Of a DNA stretch of 47,841 nucleotides, positions 36,029 through 47,841 are shown in pieces. The stretch is taken from NCBI GenBank assembly GCA_027604505.1, contig JADIIX010000016.1, positions 186,001 to 233,841 of the forward strand, in the 5' to 3' direction. The first letter of the stretch is position 1, and each line of letters starts with the position of its first letter. The notes below the pieces were generated by a model. That model was not told the DNA's origin, searched no databases, and saw only the letters and a list, made by a program, of their open reading frames with translations. Source of the stretch: Gonapodya sp. JEL0774. Lineage: Eukaryota. The translations under genes were made by a program, and so were the position numbers.

Positions 36029-36734
36029 CGTAAAATTATGCTCGTAGTTGCTTGCTAGAAGCATGGTGTTAGGGCGGTTACGAGGAAGTAACCACTGCCG
36101 ACATGTTTCTGAGTTTCGTGGTTGCGGACCCCCCCGACAAAAGAAATGCAGATTTCGACACATTGCTGTGAGCGCATGGCCTGACGTGATTTGGACAAGG
36201 AAGTCGGCACTTTTCAGCAAGCGCCCGTGTGTGCGGTGTGACCGACGTTCTCTGCAACAAATGACCCCACAAAACTACGAGATAGAAGACTGTATCCATA
36301 TATTGATATCATCATATCACTGACGCTCCTTGTCGAAATCATCGTTCCCACTGGTCTCTACTAGACACAGGACAACACCTGGATGGTTCATCCGCCAATG
36401 TGAACGGGACAAAACGGACTTGCCGTCCACACTCTCGTTCTGAAACATGAAATTCCATCTCTGTCTGCTGCTTACATGACTTTGAGTAAATTGCATACAT
36501 CGCATACGATGGTGCATGAACTTTGGAGGGCACCATACCGTTTTGAATTTATGTTTTTTGTTCCGCACTCTGCTTTCTATTGTATTCATGTCACGGACGC
36601 AAAAACAGATATTAGACAAAGCATACGCTCACAGGAAGTAGATTGCTCCTTTCAACGCCATACGGGCTCTCAGAGGCTGACCCATTCCGAACTTATGGGA
36701 TTGTGAAATGAGACATTACGAATTTCAAATGGTG

Positions 36735-36919
36735 AAACCTCCCGCAAACCTCCCGCAAACCACCAGCTCTCGAAGAAAACAACACATATCGCACCTCTCA
36801 TGGCTGGTGGCAGCTTTGAGCATGTTGACGCGAGAATACATGGGATCCCCGGCCCAGGAACGAAACCCACCTTCGCGGAAAAATTCACCCACCTTCATGG
36901 AAAAATTCACCCACCTTCA
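36735..36919. repeat. Short intergenic tandem duplications
   Basis: AAACCTCCCGC x2 plus partial (36735-36761). GGAAAAATTCACCCACCTTCA x2 (36877-36897, 36899-36919) plus partial ACCCACCTTC (36865-36874). Confidence 0.8.
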
Positions 36920-37616
36920 GCAAAGGCCCGTTTATTCCACTGTATTCGGCAACGAGCCCGTTCCAGTTTCCATTGACTTTGATTGCTTACGACTCCTTTT
37001 GGAGGGCGGAAAGGTTCGAAGTGAGCGGATAGGTACGGGGGAAAGGGCATGCGGTGGGTGACAGCGAGGCCGAGAACGAAGATATGCAACTATGTTTGCT
37101 ACTGTTATTTCCCACGTGAGCGCAGTCAGGACTGTATCAAAGCGTCTAAATTGACGTGCGAGATACGGCATGACTTTGAATGATGAGTGGGGTACGGCAG
37201 CCAAACAGACTCACATTCACCTGACTGATTAGTACAATTTTCCACCGGTTTTACATCGTTCAAACCTCCATCTGATGTTTGACACCCGCCTTCATGGTTG
37301 TCCCAATCGCTCACTCCATGATGGTGGTCCAACATCCAGCAGGGGCCTGTCATCCCGTGCATCAGAGACCGATGGGGACGATGATACTCGACAGGTAGAG
37401 TGAATCAGTTAGACGACTAATCATATTTGCTTTCCAACTTCCACAGGTTTTGGTGGTTGTGCGTCATTGGCCTGACAACCACATCAGCCAATCGTGCTGT
37501 GGCCTTATCCGACCCTGGTTGGATCTTCGGCAAATTAGAGATTCCCTCATTCCCCCGGTTTCCTTTTCGCTCCCCTCTGTTAGTTGGACACTGGTTGGAC
37601 CCTCCGAAGTGATGGA

Positions 37617-38579
37617 ATGGAGGCTTCACCGGATATCCGAAAACAGAGTCTCGTCACCCTCCTCCCTCTTGAGCTTTTGGTTCACGTCGCCCAATATTTG
37701 TCCGTCCAGGCCATTCTCCGCCTGACAGCCTCGTGCACTCCTTTCCGCAACCTCCTCTCGTTTAAGCATCTTTGGACCCGCCTGGACTTTTCTTGCGTCA
37801 GATCTCCTCTGGAGGAAGCCGGTCTTGAAGCTTTCTTGAAACAGGTTGCATTATGGATCGCTCCCCTCGGCGGTTCAACCGATGTCGTATTACAAGGCAC
37901 CAAAGAGCTCATTTTAGACGGCAGCTGCTTTACAGCGCCGATAATTTGCAATCTGCTCTATAAGTTCCCAGCGCTCCAACGACTCTCGATGCGCGATATG
38001 AATGTGTACCTCAGCCACCACACCGATCATATATATCCCCTTGCCGCCCCCATGCCTCAATTGACCTACTTGGACGTATCCAACTGCTACACTGGCTTCT
38101 CTGGCACCCGCATCAACCGTGTATACTCCAAAGTGTTCGAGCTGTATCCCAACCTTGTTACCTTCCACCCCAACTTATGTGGCACATGCAAGGAACCAAA
38201 ATACTCCGTTGCATTGGACGATAAAGTCATTTCATTCGTTCCGCCACTGAACTCTCCCACCGACACACAATATCGCTGTTGGTCTTGCATACGCAGGGCC
38301 ACGTGTGCTGATTGCAATACGTACTTCCCGGATGCCAGGCCCGAAAACTCGTTTCTACCGCTACAGCACCGCTACTGCCTTCTTTGTGGCGAGCAGTGGT
38401 TTCTTCATCGATGCATCGATTGCTCTGCCTTGTGGCAGAAGTGCATAAAGATGGGATGCAGTAGAGAGGCATGCCCGAGGTGTGTGAATAGAAGCAAGCA
38501 AACGTGTTCTCGATGTGGGAACGGCCCCTTATGTGGGAGGCATAGACAGGATTGCAGGTGTGGGGACGATGAAGACTAA
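37617..38579 (+). CDS. F-box protein with LRR-like middle and Cys-rich (CxxC) C-terminus, intronless
   Basis: LLPLELLVHVAQYLSVQAILRLTASC..LWTRLDFS (F-box). LRR-like TKELILDG, LQRLSMR, LTYLDVSNC. Eight or more CxxC-type pairs at the C-terminus. Confidence 0.8.
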   Translation: MEASPDIRKQSLVTLLPLELLVHVAQYLSVQAILRLTASCTPFRNLLSFKHLWTRLDFSCVRSPLEEAGLEAFLKQVALWIAPLGGSTDVVLQGTKELILDGSCFTAPIICNLLYKFPALQRLSMRDMNVYLSHHTDHIYPLAAPMPQLTYLDVSNCYTGFSGTRINRVYSKVFELYPNLVTFHPNLCGTCKEPKYSVALDDKVISFVPPLNSPTDTQYRCWSCIRRATCADCNTYFPDARPENSFLPLQHRYCLLCGEQWFLHRCIDCSALWQKCIKMGCSREACPRCVNRSKQTCSRCGNGPLCGRHRQDCRCGDDED

Positions 38580-39099
38580 GCAAATGCGTGGAGATGACAC
38601 ATTGAGTTTTGGACTCATCTCAAATGGGTGGTGTCTCTTGAAGCAATCCCATTGATATCGTGGAGAGACCAACATCGTGCAGGCAACAGAGGTTGAAATG
38701 TACTGAATCTCAATTCCATATGTATGCTTCAACTTCTCGTGCCTGGGAATCTGCATCGCTTAGAACCTCGTACTTACAGCCTCCTTTCTGACGGTTGGCA
38801 CCTGTACCTCCTGAACTCGGAGTCCCATATGTGGTCAGTTTACTTCTCAGGTTCCCGCGAGCTTCTAAACCCTATCAGACACAACGCATCCGGTTGTGCA
38901 AATTCGTGACTGAAGATCACTGCTACTTTCGATCCACTTCAAAATACAGAATTCATGTAAGTTATTTGATAGGAGACAAGTCACAAATTACATGCAAGAC
39001 AACATTTGTTTTTGTATGTGATCACGGTGAAGCGGAGGGAACACAAATCTCACTTCGCCCATTTGGTTCTTTCTCCCAAAAACAATCCCGACTCGACCA

Positions 39100-41067
39100 A
39101 TGCCCGCTCCTCTGATGGGCCCAAAAGCGCCTTCCATGTCTCCCGCACAAGTGGGAGTCATCTCCAACCCAGCCCTTCGTACTCGCTTGGAATCGGCAAT
39201 GAACTCACCAGAAACCAACATCAGTAGCGTCGATCCAAGCATACTTGCGTTTCACCAGCGCCTCATTTCCGAGTCACAAGGAAAGCGGGATGAGATCTCA
39301 CTGAAAACATCCCAGTCGTCTGCATCGGACGCCGGAAAGTTCAGAAAGATGCCGAGCGGAGCAGAAGCGCAAGTCGATTTCAGAAGCGTCTTGAAAAAAA
39401 AGGAATCTGTGCCGGGAAATCTCCAGGACGTTGGGAACGCGCTCCAGTGCTTCACAATAGACAAGGGTTCCGCCTCCAAGTCGGCAGTCGAGACCGCGCA
39501 ACCAGCGACCGACTCACTCTTGCCCGACCTCCCTTTCAAAGCCCACTCGCCGTCTGGCCGTATGGATTCAATTCTGGGTCTTGCTCGACAATCATCTGGT
39601 CATGCGACCACCCAGTCCGACGCCATTACCCCAACACCTGTCCTACCACCACGTTCTCGCCCAGGAACCGGTCGCTCTATAGATTCACTCAGGGTTGAGA
39701 CTGCACAAGGACTCACACCTGCTTTGGCAACTGCAGAAGCGGTGTGTTCTCCCGCACCTGACCCATCTCGTTCCTTTCGCAGCAAGATTGCCAAATTCAG
39801 TTCCCAACCGGAACTTTCGGCAGGAGATGGACCGTCTTTTGTAGAAATGCATGCACGTCCTTCTTCACCCATCTCCGATGCAGTCCCAACAGAGAAGGGA
39901 GTCAGTAACAGTACGGCGAGGGTCGCAGATATGCCGCTGCCCCCACCGCCACCCCCGAGGGTGCGAATGTCTGATCTTGTCCCTCAACGTCCCTCAGCTC
40001 TGTCTTCGGACTCAGCTGGGCGGCGGTCACCTTCTGCACCTCAGCCAACCAAGGCTCTTGCATCTCCATCGGCCGTGGAGCCGGCAACACAGCTTCAAAC
40101 TCCTCCTTTGCCCCCCAAGCCGTCTTCCCGGCCGGCTACTCCATCTCGCTTATCCTCAAAAGGGTTTACAAAAACGTATCTCCTCCCGCTGCCCCCACCT
40201 CCGACAGGTCCTCCACGTTCTGTTGGCTCTATGTCCCCCGCAATATCAAACACATCCAGTATCAGTGCTTCAGTCTTACCCAAGCCCATTCTGGCGAGTC
40301 GAACAGATCCGGAGTCTCTCCGAGGCTCGTTTCCGCTTCTTGCCCGTGTTTCAGCCCAGCAGTCACCGGGCAGTACAACAACTCCCACAGGCGCCGCAAA
40401 CCACACTGTAAGGCGCAAAAAATCGCTCATAGTTCCACCGCCACCACCTCCACGGACACATACAGTTGTAGCAGAATTCTCCATCGGGCAGGACAGATCG
40501 TCAAAAGAACCACACCTCGATCAGACCGGAGATCTCGTGTCGCTCTCTGTGACGGCCACTCCCGAAAACCCACACTCGAAAGAAGCCAGCAGTTGTGATG
40601 ACCCATCATTGCACTGGTACGATGTACTTTCTATAGATGGTCTCTCTGGAGATGAAGGAGGGTCTCGCCCGGTAAGCTCGACGGCATCGAGAGAGCCATC
40701 GCTCGGGGTCGGTTCGACGTGGTCGAGGGCCACATCTTTCATGTCCGCACACTCTTCTCTTGGAGGGCTTTCTGTGCTGGCCTCGCCACCGAGCGAATCC
40801 TCTCGAGCTGCGTCCTTGGTGTCCACGTCGACATGTACTGTGTCTAAGTCGCCGGTGTCACCCGTAAAGCAAACCACGGTACGTTCTCCTGCACGTGCTG
40901 CCTCCCCATGGGCGAGGGGTGTTGGAAGCGATCCACCAATACCGCCACTGGATCGGAAGCCTCGGAGAGGTAGACCGTTGAGATTCGTGAAAGGAATAAA
41001 TGTGCGTCGTTTCGTGAATGATGTTCCGCTTTCCGTGAGTTATCAACTAACAGACCTGTGGGGATAG
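39100..41067 (+). CDS. Pro/Ser-rich disordered protein with DFRxxL motif (possible actin-cytoskeleton adaptor)
   Basis: 655-aa ORF with QVDFRSVLKKK and several polyproline motifs (PLPPPPPPR, PPLPPKP, PPPPPPR, PPIPP). A possible donor near 41035 makes the end uncertain. Confidence 0.6.
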   Translation: MPAPLMGPKAPSMSPAQVGVISNPALRTRLESAMNSPETNISSVDPSILAFHQRLISESQGKRDEISLKTSQSSASDAGKFRKMPSGAEAQVDFRSVLKKKESVPGNLQDVGNALQCFTIDKGSASKSAVETAQPATDSLLPDLPFKAHSPSGRMDSILGLARQSSGHATTQSDAITPTPVLPPRSRPGTGRSIDSLRVETAQGLTPALATAEAVCSPAPDPSRSFRSKIAKFSSQPELSAGDGPSFVEMHARPSSPISDAVPTEKGVSNSTARVADMPLPPPPPPRVRMSDLVPQRPSALSSDSAGRRSPSAPQPTKALASPSAVEPATQLQTPPLPPKPSSRPATPSRLSSKGFTKTYLLPLPPPPTGPPRSVGSMSPAISNTSSISASVLPKPILASRTDPESLRGSFPLLARVSAQQSPGSTTTPTGAANHTVRRKKSLIVPPPPPPRTHTVVAEFSIGQDRSSKEPHLDQTGDLVSLSVTATPENPHSKEASSCDDPSLHWYDVLSIDGLSGDEGGSRPVSSTASREPSLGVGSTWSRATSFMSAHSSLGGLSVLASPPSESSRAASLVSTSTCTVSKSPVSPVKQTTVRSPARAASPWARGVGSDPPIPPLDRKPRRGRPLRFVKGINVRRFVNDVPLSVSYQLTDLWG

Positions 41068-41663
41068 TGTTAATGCCTGTGTCATGAATCAGAGTTGATG
41101 ATCAGAAGTGTACTTAAAAGTTATCACCTACAACACGAGCTATTTCAGATAGATTACATTTGACTTTGATCACGAACAACCCCGTGCATAACATCCTGTC
41201 CGTACCACATTGATTGTACAATCTTGCACCCGAGAACAGAACATTGCAGTTGGTTGTATTCACACACATGAGTACATTTGTGTGAGATTGTGTGTGCAGT
41301 GGAATGCACTCCAAACGAGATCACTCGATTTACTTGTTGGAGAATGAGAAACCACAACCCACTGAGCCTCTACATATTTAGCTGTGCACTGACGATTGCT
41401 TGAAAGGAAAAACCATTCATATAGACACCTAACAAAGTTTCTCTTGACAATTTGGTTTCGACCTCGTGATGCCGTGTTGATGATGAACAGTGCCGACCTT
41501 TTTGGGTCATTACAACATTGTTTTGAGCATACGCTCTATCACTCTGGAAACTTTTACTATTATTGTCTCAGATAATTCATCTGCCGCCACACCTTTGATG
41601 CAGTTCTGAAACAGAGTCTTGCGGGTGTCCTCTGATTCCTCTGCAAGACTGTCACTCTAGTTT

Positions 41664-43744
41664 CTACAACCTCTCACTGTCAATATCTCCTTCCTCGTCT
41701 TCAGCAACTTTCTCCTTTCGCACCATTTGATCCTGAAATGTCACATCATCCTCCAACATTTTCGTCAGATCGTCAAGCTCAGCTTGAAGAAATTGCGATG
41801 ACGCGGAAGCGGTACCGGGACTGGGAGAGCGGGACGCAGAACGTGAAGGATCACAATTCGACATGAGCTGGTCCACATGTGATGCCTTCGTACAGTCAGG
41901 CACCAACAATTATAACAGAGACACAACACGACGAATTCCTTAATTATCAGACCGAGACTCACTGGAAGTTCAGCCCGATCAACTGCATCCACGTGCATCC
42001 CCTCTCCCTGGAAGGGCAGCAAGATGCTCATTTGAGGACCATCGATCTGCATCGAAGCGTCAGGCTGCTGGTGCAAGTCGTCAATGAAATTACAGGTCAG
42101 ATCAGTGCTTGACCACGAACCACTTCGCACAATTCTCACCATCCCTCCTATGGCTTCAGTCCAGGTTATCGTCACGGTATCAGAACTCAGCTTGTCTCTC
42201 TCTAACATGTCCAATAAAGGCTGATCCCGAAATACCTCATCAAAACTCGAAGAATGAAGTAGACTTTCTCCTCCAACATCACCGATCCCATGCATTTCAG
42301 GATTTGTGACACCTTCATTCCCGCTTAATAAAATGCGGCGACGAGATAGATCGGCCCCCGAGTTCAGGTTGGCTCGATTAACGGGTCCGAAAGTGTCAGA
42401 GATTGACAAATGCTGGATTGAAGGACAAACAGCATCGTCCACTGAACCCGCGCTCACCCTGGATGGTACTGACTCACGCAAGGCATGCGCCGGCGATGAA
42501 GGGTTACAGAATTCAAGTGCCTCATCTCCACCATGCTGTTGCGAAAAGTCAAGTAATGGAGAAGAGTCGCGCTCCACGTTAGCAGGAGTAGCAGAAGGAA
42601 GATCGTCAGGTGTAAAGAGGGGAGCAATCGTGGGGAGCTCCATTAGCGTCGGTGGTGGCACACAGCCATTACAAAGAGCAGATTCAGAAGACTGAGAGCT
42701 TTGGTGGAAGGGCAGTGGTGGGATGGATAGTGGCAGTGGCGGTGACCGCGGTTTTGAAGTGTTCATAGAATCATGTTCACTGGCGGAGAAGGGCAGGCCC
42801 AGTTCGAGTTGCTCCGGTATAGAGGAGATCAAGAGGCTGTTGGGAGCATTCTGTCCGGCCGCGAGGGCTTCCAAAGTTTCAGATTTTCGGTTGCTCGCCT
42901 CGGAAGAACCTCGGTGTTGACCACCAAGCACAACTTGCTGCTGTTCGAGACGAGACGAAGATATTCCCACTATAGATTCAATATCTGGAGGCGTTGTTTG
43001 GGATCCCAGTGATGACGGTGAAAGAGACACTACTCCTTTAAGTGGCTCGGAGTTCGAAGGAGGCATAACAATGAGGGGTGCTCCCGTGTGTCCTGACTCC
43101 TGCGTGCGAGTGTGCCGAGATAAAAGCTCAGGTGGTCGCAGAAACCTAGCCTCGTCCAGTCCCGTGGTCGTTTGGGCTAACTGCGTAAGGTTCTTTCTCA
43201 TTGGGGGGGTACGTGGGCTTCGTCTGCGTAACGCATGCGCTATTTTGGGAGAGCGAGTGACTAGCGGCCGTGAATCCGACGCTGGCGGGCATTTTGCGGG
43301 GGAAGGTGGGCTGGATTCCTTTGGTTGTGCATCATCCTGATACTCTCCGACCACCACCGCCCCCTTCGTCCCCAGTAATGCGACAATCCCAGGCGAGGAT
43401 TGTTTGTGCACAGAGTTTTTCCGTTTACTGGCTGGTATTGAAATCCCATTTTGCTGTAGAGGAATCGGCCACCCTTCTAGCTCAACAAGGTCATCCAGAG
43501 GGTTAAACTCAATGGGTAGATAGTAGCGCGTTTGATAAAATGCGCGCAGATCGCCGCTGGCGTATAAATCACGGACTTTGGCGACGTCAACTGCTGTGAG
43601 GTCAGCTGAGACGTTGACATGTGTGTCCGACAGATGCACGCAAATTCCATTCATTGTGAGATCCTCGTGCAATCCAGAAATAATCGAAACAGGTGATACA
43701 GGAGCGGAGAGGTCATTAGGGATGGTGCTTCCGCGTTGTTGTAA
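41664..43744 (-). CDS. Hypothetical protein, mostly S/P-rich; both ends uncertain
   Basis: 635-aa ORF 41765-43672, open upstream to a CAG acceptor near 43744, plus an adjoining frame-shifted acidic exon 41664-41909. No family recognised. Confidence 0.5.
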
Positions 43745-44079
43745 CTGTCACCTCCCGAGTCAGCGAGCAGCAGCTCTCACTGCAATGCTGCCTCTTTGTT
43801 CATCACGTTCCACGACCACGACCGTTCTCTACACAGTTTATAGGCTCTACAAATACACCTGTTTCCAAAACGCTAGCAGACGCCTGTCATAAAACTTCCT
43901 TCAGAATATGTACAATCACAACCACCAAATCATCCCAGAAATCACGATACGAATGGTGTAAAACAGACGGGACAACGCGCGAAGTACTGCAAAATGCGCG
44001 CCCGCCACTCCTCGAGTGTCCCTTTTTCATTGAGTTCCGAACCTGGCCCGTCTGGCCAGTCTGTCCACCTAAATTGGTC

Positions 44080-46656
44080 TCATCTCCGCATCTCCCCGGG
44101 GCGTGGGCCGTGCGAGTCGCTCGACAGAGGCGTCATGGATCCATCAAGCCCATCATCCAACGCACCAAAACTGCCCATGAGTCCGTATCCATTCCCGTAT
44201 CCAACCGTCGGCATTCCCGCCATCCCACCCACCGCACCCCGAACAGGGTTTGACATATTCATCCATCCTACCCCACCATATCCGCTCACTGATCCGCTCA
44301 TTGTGGATATATTCTTCGCCAAAGCTTGGTACTGAACAATGTTGTTCCCAAGGCCAGGCGGCCCTGGCGGCACGACAGAAGTTCCAACCGGGTTTGCCAG
44401 ACCCATCGATATAGCGGGTCTATACAAACCATCTCCTGGTCCACCTACAAAACTCGTTGGGCCATTTCCTCGGGAGGGTGATGATGGATTGAAGGAGCCA
44501 ATTGAATTATGCGACGACATTGGAAGCGGAGCGTCGAGAGAGCGATCACCACCACATGCGCAGAGCCATATCCGAGTCTTGTATACTTTGAAAAGCTCCC
44601 GCACCAGTTCTCGGAAATCAATTCGACGATCAGCAACAAAGTAGAAGGTCAACTTTTTGCGGTCCCTAACGTCACAAAAAAAAATTAAGACGTCTGAATC
44701 AAATGCTGTGGCACGCATTTAATGTAATCGAGCCTACTGACCATTGAAACTCCGCGTCAACTACTTCCATCGGCAGCCTTCTCTGCCTTGCTTTTTGTTG
44801 ACACATCACTAGCGCCAATTCCTCATCGTGCATTTTGGTGGCCAGCATCGCCAATTCCGCGGTCTGTGCCAACCGGAAAATACGCTTCGGCTGCACCTCT
44901 CCATTAGTCGGCTGGTCGACAAAGCTGTCCGGAAACTGGCTCTGATATGCTTGTACTTGAAGCATGTTGGTCATGTTGTCTTCAACTACCTTGCCTAGAT
45001 CTTTGCCACGGTCTGCTTCACAGATACAGAAGTCTCCACGGCGTATAAGCTGGCTAGCTGAATCCGGAGCGAAAAAGAAGAAGTCCTTACGTCCAGCTTT
45101 GAACTCTACCACGTAAAGAGGCCACCGTGGGGTATACTGGTGGTACTGGAGATTCCGGGCTCCTTCAGCCCATGCTCGAGCTCGGTTCTCAGTGTTCTCA
45201 AAATAGTCATTGATTTCGTTTTGGATGAACGACTCAATGCCTGTCGGTGAGCTCCCCGTCCCATTCGGCGTGCCCAGTAGGCTCCCCCCACCAACGACTT
45301 TACCCGGAGAGTCGATATAAGATACAAACGGGGGACCAGGGCCGTCCACGAGCCGCATCGCAGTCTGCACATGCTGCGCGAGGTCTTCATCTTGCTCATC
45401 CTCAAGATGCAGCGGAGTAGGAACGGAGTGGCGGCGCCGAATCTCTGCCAGACCGGTTGAGGAAGATGTACTTGAAGTAATAGTTTCGTCATCGCCACCA
45501 GGGCTGCAGAATTTACAGAGTTGGAAGCTTCAGCAATAAAACGGCCAGTGTAACCATCGGCAGTCTCCTCTTACAATCACACTCACCGGTTAGGAACTGC
45601 CGTGTGATCAAAATACATTGGGTGAACACTCGAGTATCTCCTTTGAATGACTTTGGGACCCTCCGCACCCCCGTTGTGTGAATCTTCTCCTCCCGAAAGT
45701 GGCTTCGTGCTCAAAAACCTCAGCGTTGAGAATTCCCTAGCGTCCGAATTGTCTGCGTAATCGCCATCATCGCCTTCTTCCCACATCGACTGCGTGATAG
45801 ACGGCCTGCGCGAGTTCGGTTTAGGAAACTGAAAGTCGCCAATTGCGGAATTCGAAGCAATATCCTCGTGGGATAGGCTGATGGCTGCTTGGGTTCCGAA
45901 ACTGTTGGAGCGTGACCGCGCGTGGGATCCATTGTGAAGATTGGAATGGGAAACTTTTCCGAAGCTTTCGGCACGAGAATGACTTTGCGTCGAGACGACA
46001 TTGAAAGGAGGACCTGCCTCGGGAGAGTTTCGAGGTGACGATATCGAGCCACTTCTGATCGGAGGGGTATGGTTTCGGATCCGCTGAGTTTCGGGAGGAG
46101 ATCCTTCCCGGCTGCGCGGAAGCGAGTGCATTTGAGGAAGCCGATTTGTGAGGGGATGGGGGGACTCAAGATGGCGGTGATTCCCGTTCACGAGTTCAAA
46201 ATCCCTTTCACGGGCTGGTGTTGACTTGAGATCGATTCCCATCCTCGCGAGCGCTTGTCCAGCATAGTCGCCTGACTGATCATGTGGCCATGAATAGTTT
46301 CCGGGAGGTGACTCCCCATTCGGAGTGCCAGCGCCATTCCCAGGGTAAACTTGATTAGGCACAAGGGATGTAGAGGTCGTCATGGGAATTGCGCCAGACA
46401 GGTAAGGCAGCGGGCCACTCAGGCTGCGCTTCCGTTGTTTCGGATATTGGTCCGAGTCGGGAGTTGGGTCAAGCAGCACACCCGAAGGAACGATCATATC
46501 ATTTGATCTATCCATTGATCGAGATGGAATGGGCAGCAGAGCGGGCCGAAAAGACGGCGGGGTGAGTGGAAGATTGGACGAGGATGTAGTACGGTGCTCC
46601 GGTTTCGACTGAACGGGTCGAGTAATAATTGGTGGATTCGAGCCTTCATCACCCAT
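44080..46656 (-). CDS. PSP1: PSP1 C-terminal domain protein
   Basis: [75 protein letters not shown]. Long S/P-rich N-terminus; start tentative (MGDEG, 46656). Confidence 0.88.
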
Positions 46657-47554
46657 TCGGTGAAAGTTTTTGTTCCAATGAGGAATCGGCGGGTTCAAAG
46701 CGGAGGAAGAAACGTCCTTGAGCTTTGAAAGAGCGGAGAACACTGATGTAAAGACTCACTTGTCTCCCACATTGGACCGGCGGTTCTACCGGATCCTTCC
46801 CCCTCATAGAGCTCCATGGCTTTAAACGTGACGTCTTGTCAAGGGGTGCTCACGATGACGAATGGGCAATCTTCAATGCGAAAATCGAACTAAACAGGGA
46901 ACATGTCTCTCTTGCCCCGGAAATACACACTACTCAGAACGCATATGCACTCCAATAGCGGCAGCTGCAGCCTTTGGGATCCTCTATATGAAGAGGCAGG
47001 CACTGGAGGTAGAGTGGTGGGTCACCTCCCACGATTTCTTTAGTCGACTCGGGGCGTCACCGCTGAAAAAAACCCCACAGAATATGGAAGAGCAGAAATT
47101 TTGGGCCGTTGAGTCCCGGCGGGCAGTCTCGTGATCGTCGGGGAGGATGGAGTGCCTATATTTGGATTCCCACCGGCTGGGAGACACGAAACGACAGAAC
47201 ACCACAGCCGAAACGAATTTGGTCTGACAAGGAACATAAATTGAGAATTGGTTACAGACACTTGAAGGTATCAGCTAGTCGGGTACAAAACTAAACGAGC
47301 TTTTCATTTATTTCAAAAGCATGATTAGTGATCTCTTTCCTTCCTCAATTATTCACTTTCATGGTGGCAGCAACAGACATGTCTCGTTAGTCGACCAAAC
47401 CTCTGAAGCAATTGGTTTATTCGCGTGAATTGTTGATCCAGCAGAAATTTTTCTTTGCATCTAGGGCGACAAGAGACAAAAAATGTATTGAAACCGGGGA
47501 AAACGTACATGGTCAGCTATGGATACTAGTTCCCTCAAAATTGCAGCGATTTCC

Positions 47555-47640
47555 ACAGTGACACTGTCCCCAGTCATTGGAGCCTGGGGTTCAGCTGGGA
47601 CAGTGTCACTGTCCCAGTCATCGGAGCCTGGGGTTCAGCT
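47555..47640. repeat. Two ~42-bp direct repeats with embedded palindromes
   Basis: ACAGTG(A/T)CACTGTCCC(C)AGTCAT(T/C)GGAGCCTGGGGTTCAGCT at 47555-47596 and 47600-47640. Perfect palindrome CTGGGACAGTG-T-CACTGTCCCAG at 47595-47617. Confidence 0.9.
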
Positions 47641-47841
47641 TCTGGCATATCGATAGAGTGGGGATGGGGATTGCGGATCCGGAATGCTTATCACCCGCTC
47701 GCGAGTCACGTTAACTACTACCCGATTCCAGGAACGGACAATGCTTCTTTCCTACTACATACTAGAATGGCCAATCTGAACGATCAGTACGCTACGTAAT
47801 CCCAGAGGGGTTTATTGGGGGAGTCATTGCATCGTATCGGC

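Noticed and set aside
43940..44082. PSP1 frame stays open about 45 codons after its TGA (readthrough or selenocysteine, which some early-diverging fungi use)
   Set aside because: Context TGA-GAC is not the leaky TGA-CTA. There is no redox motif, PSP1 is not a selenoprotein family and I saw no SECIS. An open run of this length is plausible by chance.
47555..47640. CRISPR array
   Set aside because: Eukaryotic context, two copies only, no spacers, no cas genes.

Overview
Gene-dense, intron-rich eukaryotic DNA of roughly 50% GC. Most introns are 40-150 nt GT..AG with GTGAGT/GTAAGT/GTACGT/GTGAAT donors; an early-diverging fungus (chytrid/monoblepharid-like) is my inference, not proven. I hand-assembled about 19 protein genes: a Bromo_TP histone-fold protein, secreted GDPD, EthD protein, F-box/jacalin protein, UBE3D/Ipa1, 2OG-Fe(II) oxygenase, DHX33/Dhr2, a degenerate kinase, PMP47/SLC25A17 carrier, EF-1beta, a META-like protein, NDUFAF3, an SDR, metacaspase, a bacterial-type phenylacetate-CoA-ligase-like enzyme, F-box/LRR/Cys-rich protein, a Pro-rich DFRxxL protein, an unknown protein and PSP1. 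The most notable signals the ORF track misses are: (1) a U18/snR18 box C/D snoRNA in EF-1beta intron 1; (2) a compact three-way-junction RNA in the oversized UBE3D/Ipa1 intron; (3) a 54-nt candidate intron that removes the PMP47 stop codon and fuses the carrier in frame to the downstream pseudokinase; (4) a nested fold at the branch point of the META-gene intron; (5) an F-box-jacalin chimera and an intron-colonised bacterial-type CoA ligase. Gene spans include introns, and exon boundaries and RNA folds were read by eye.
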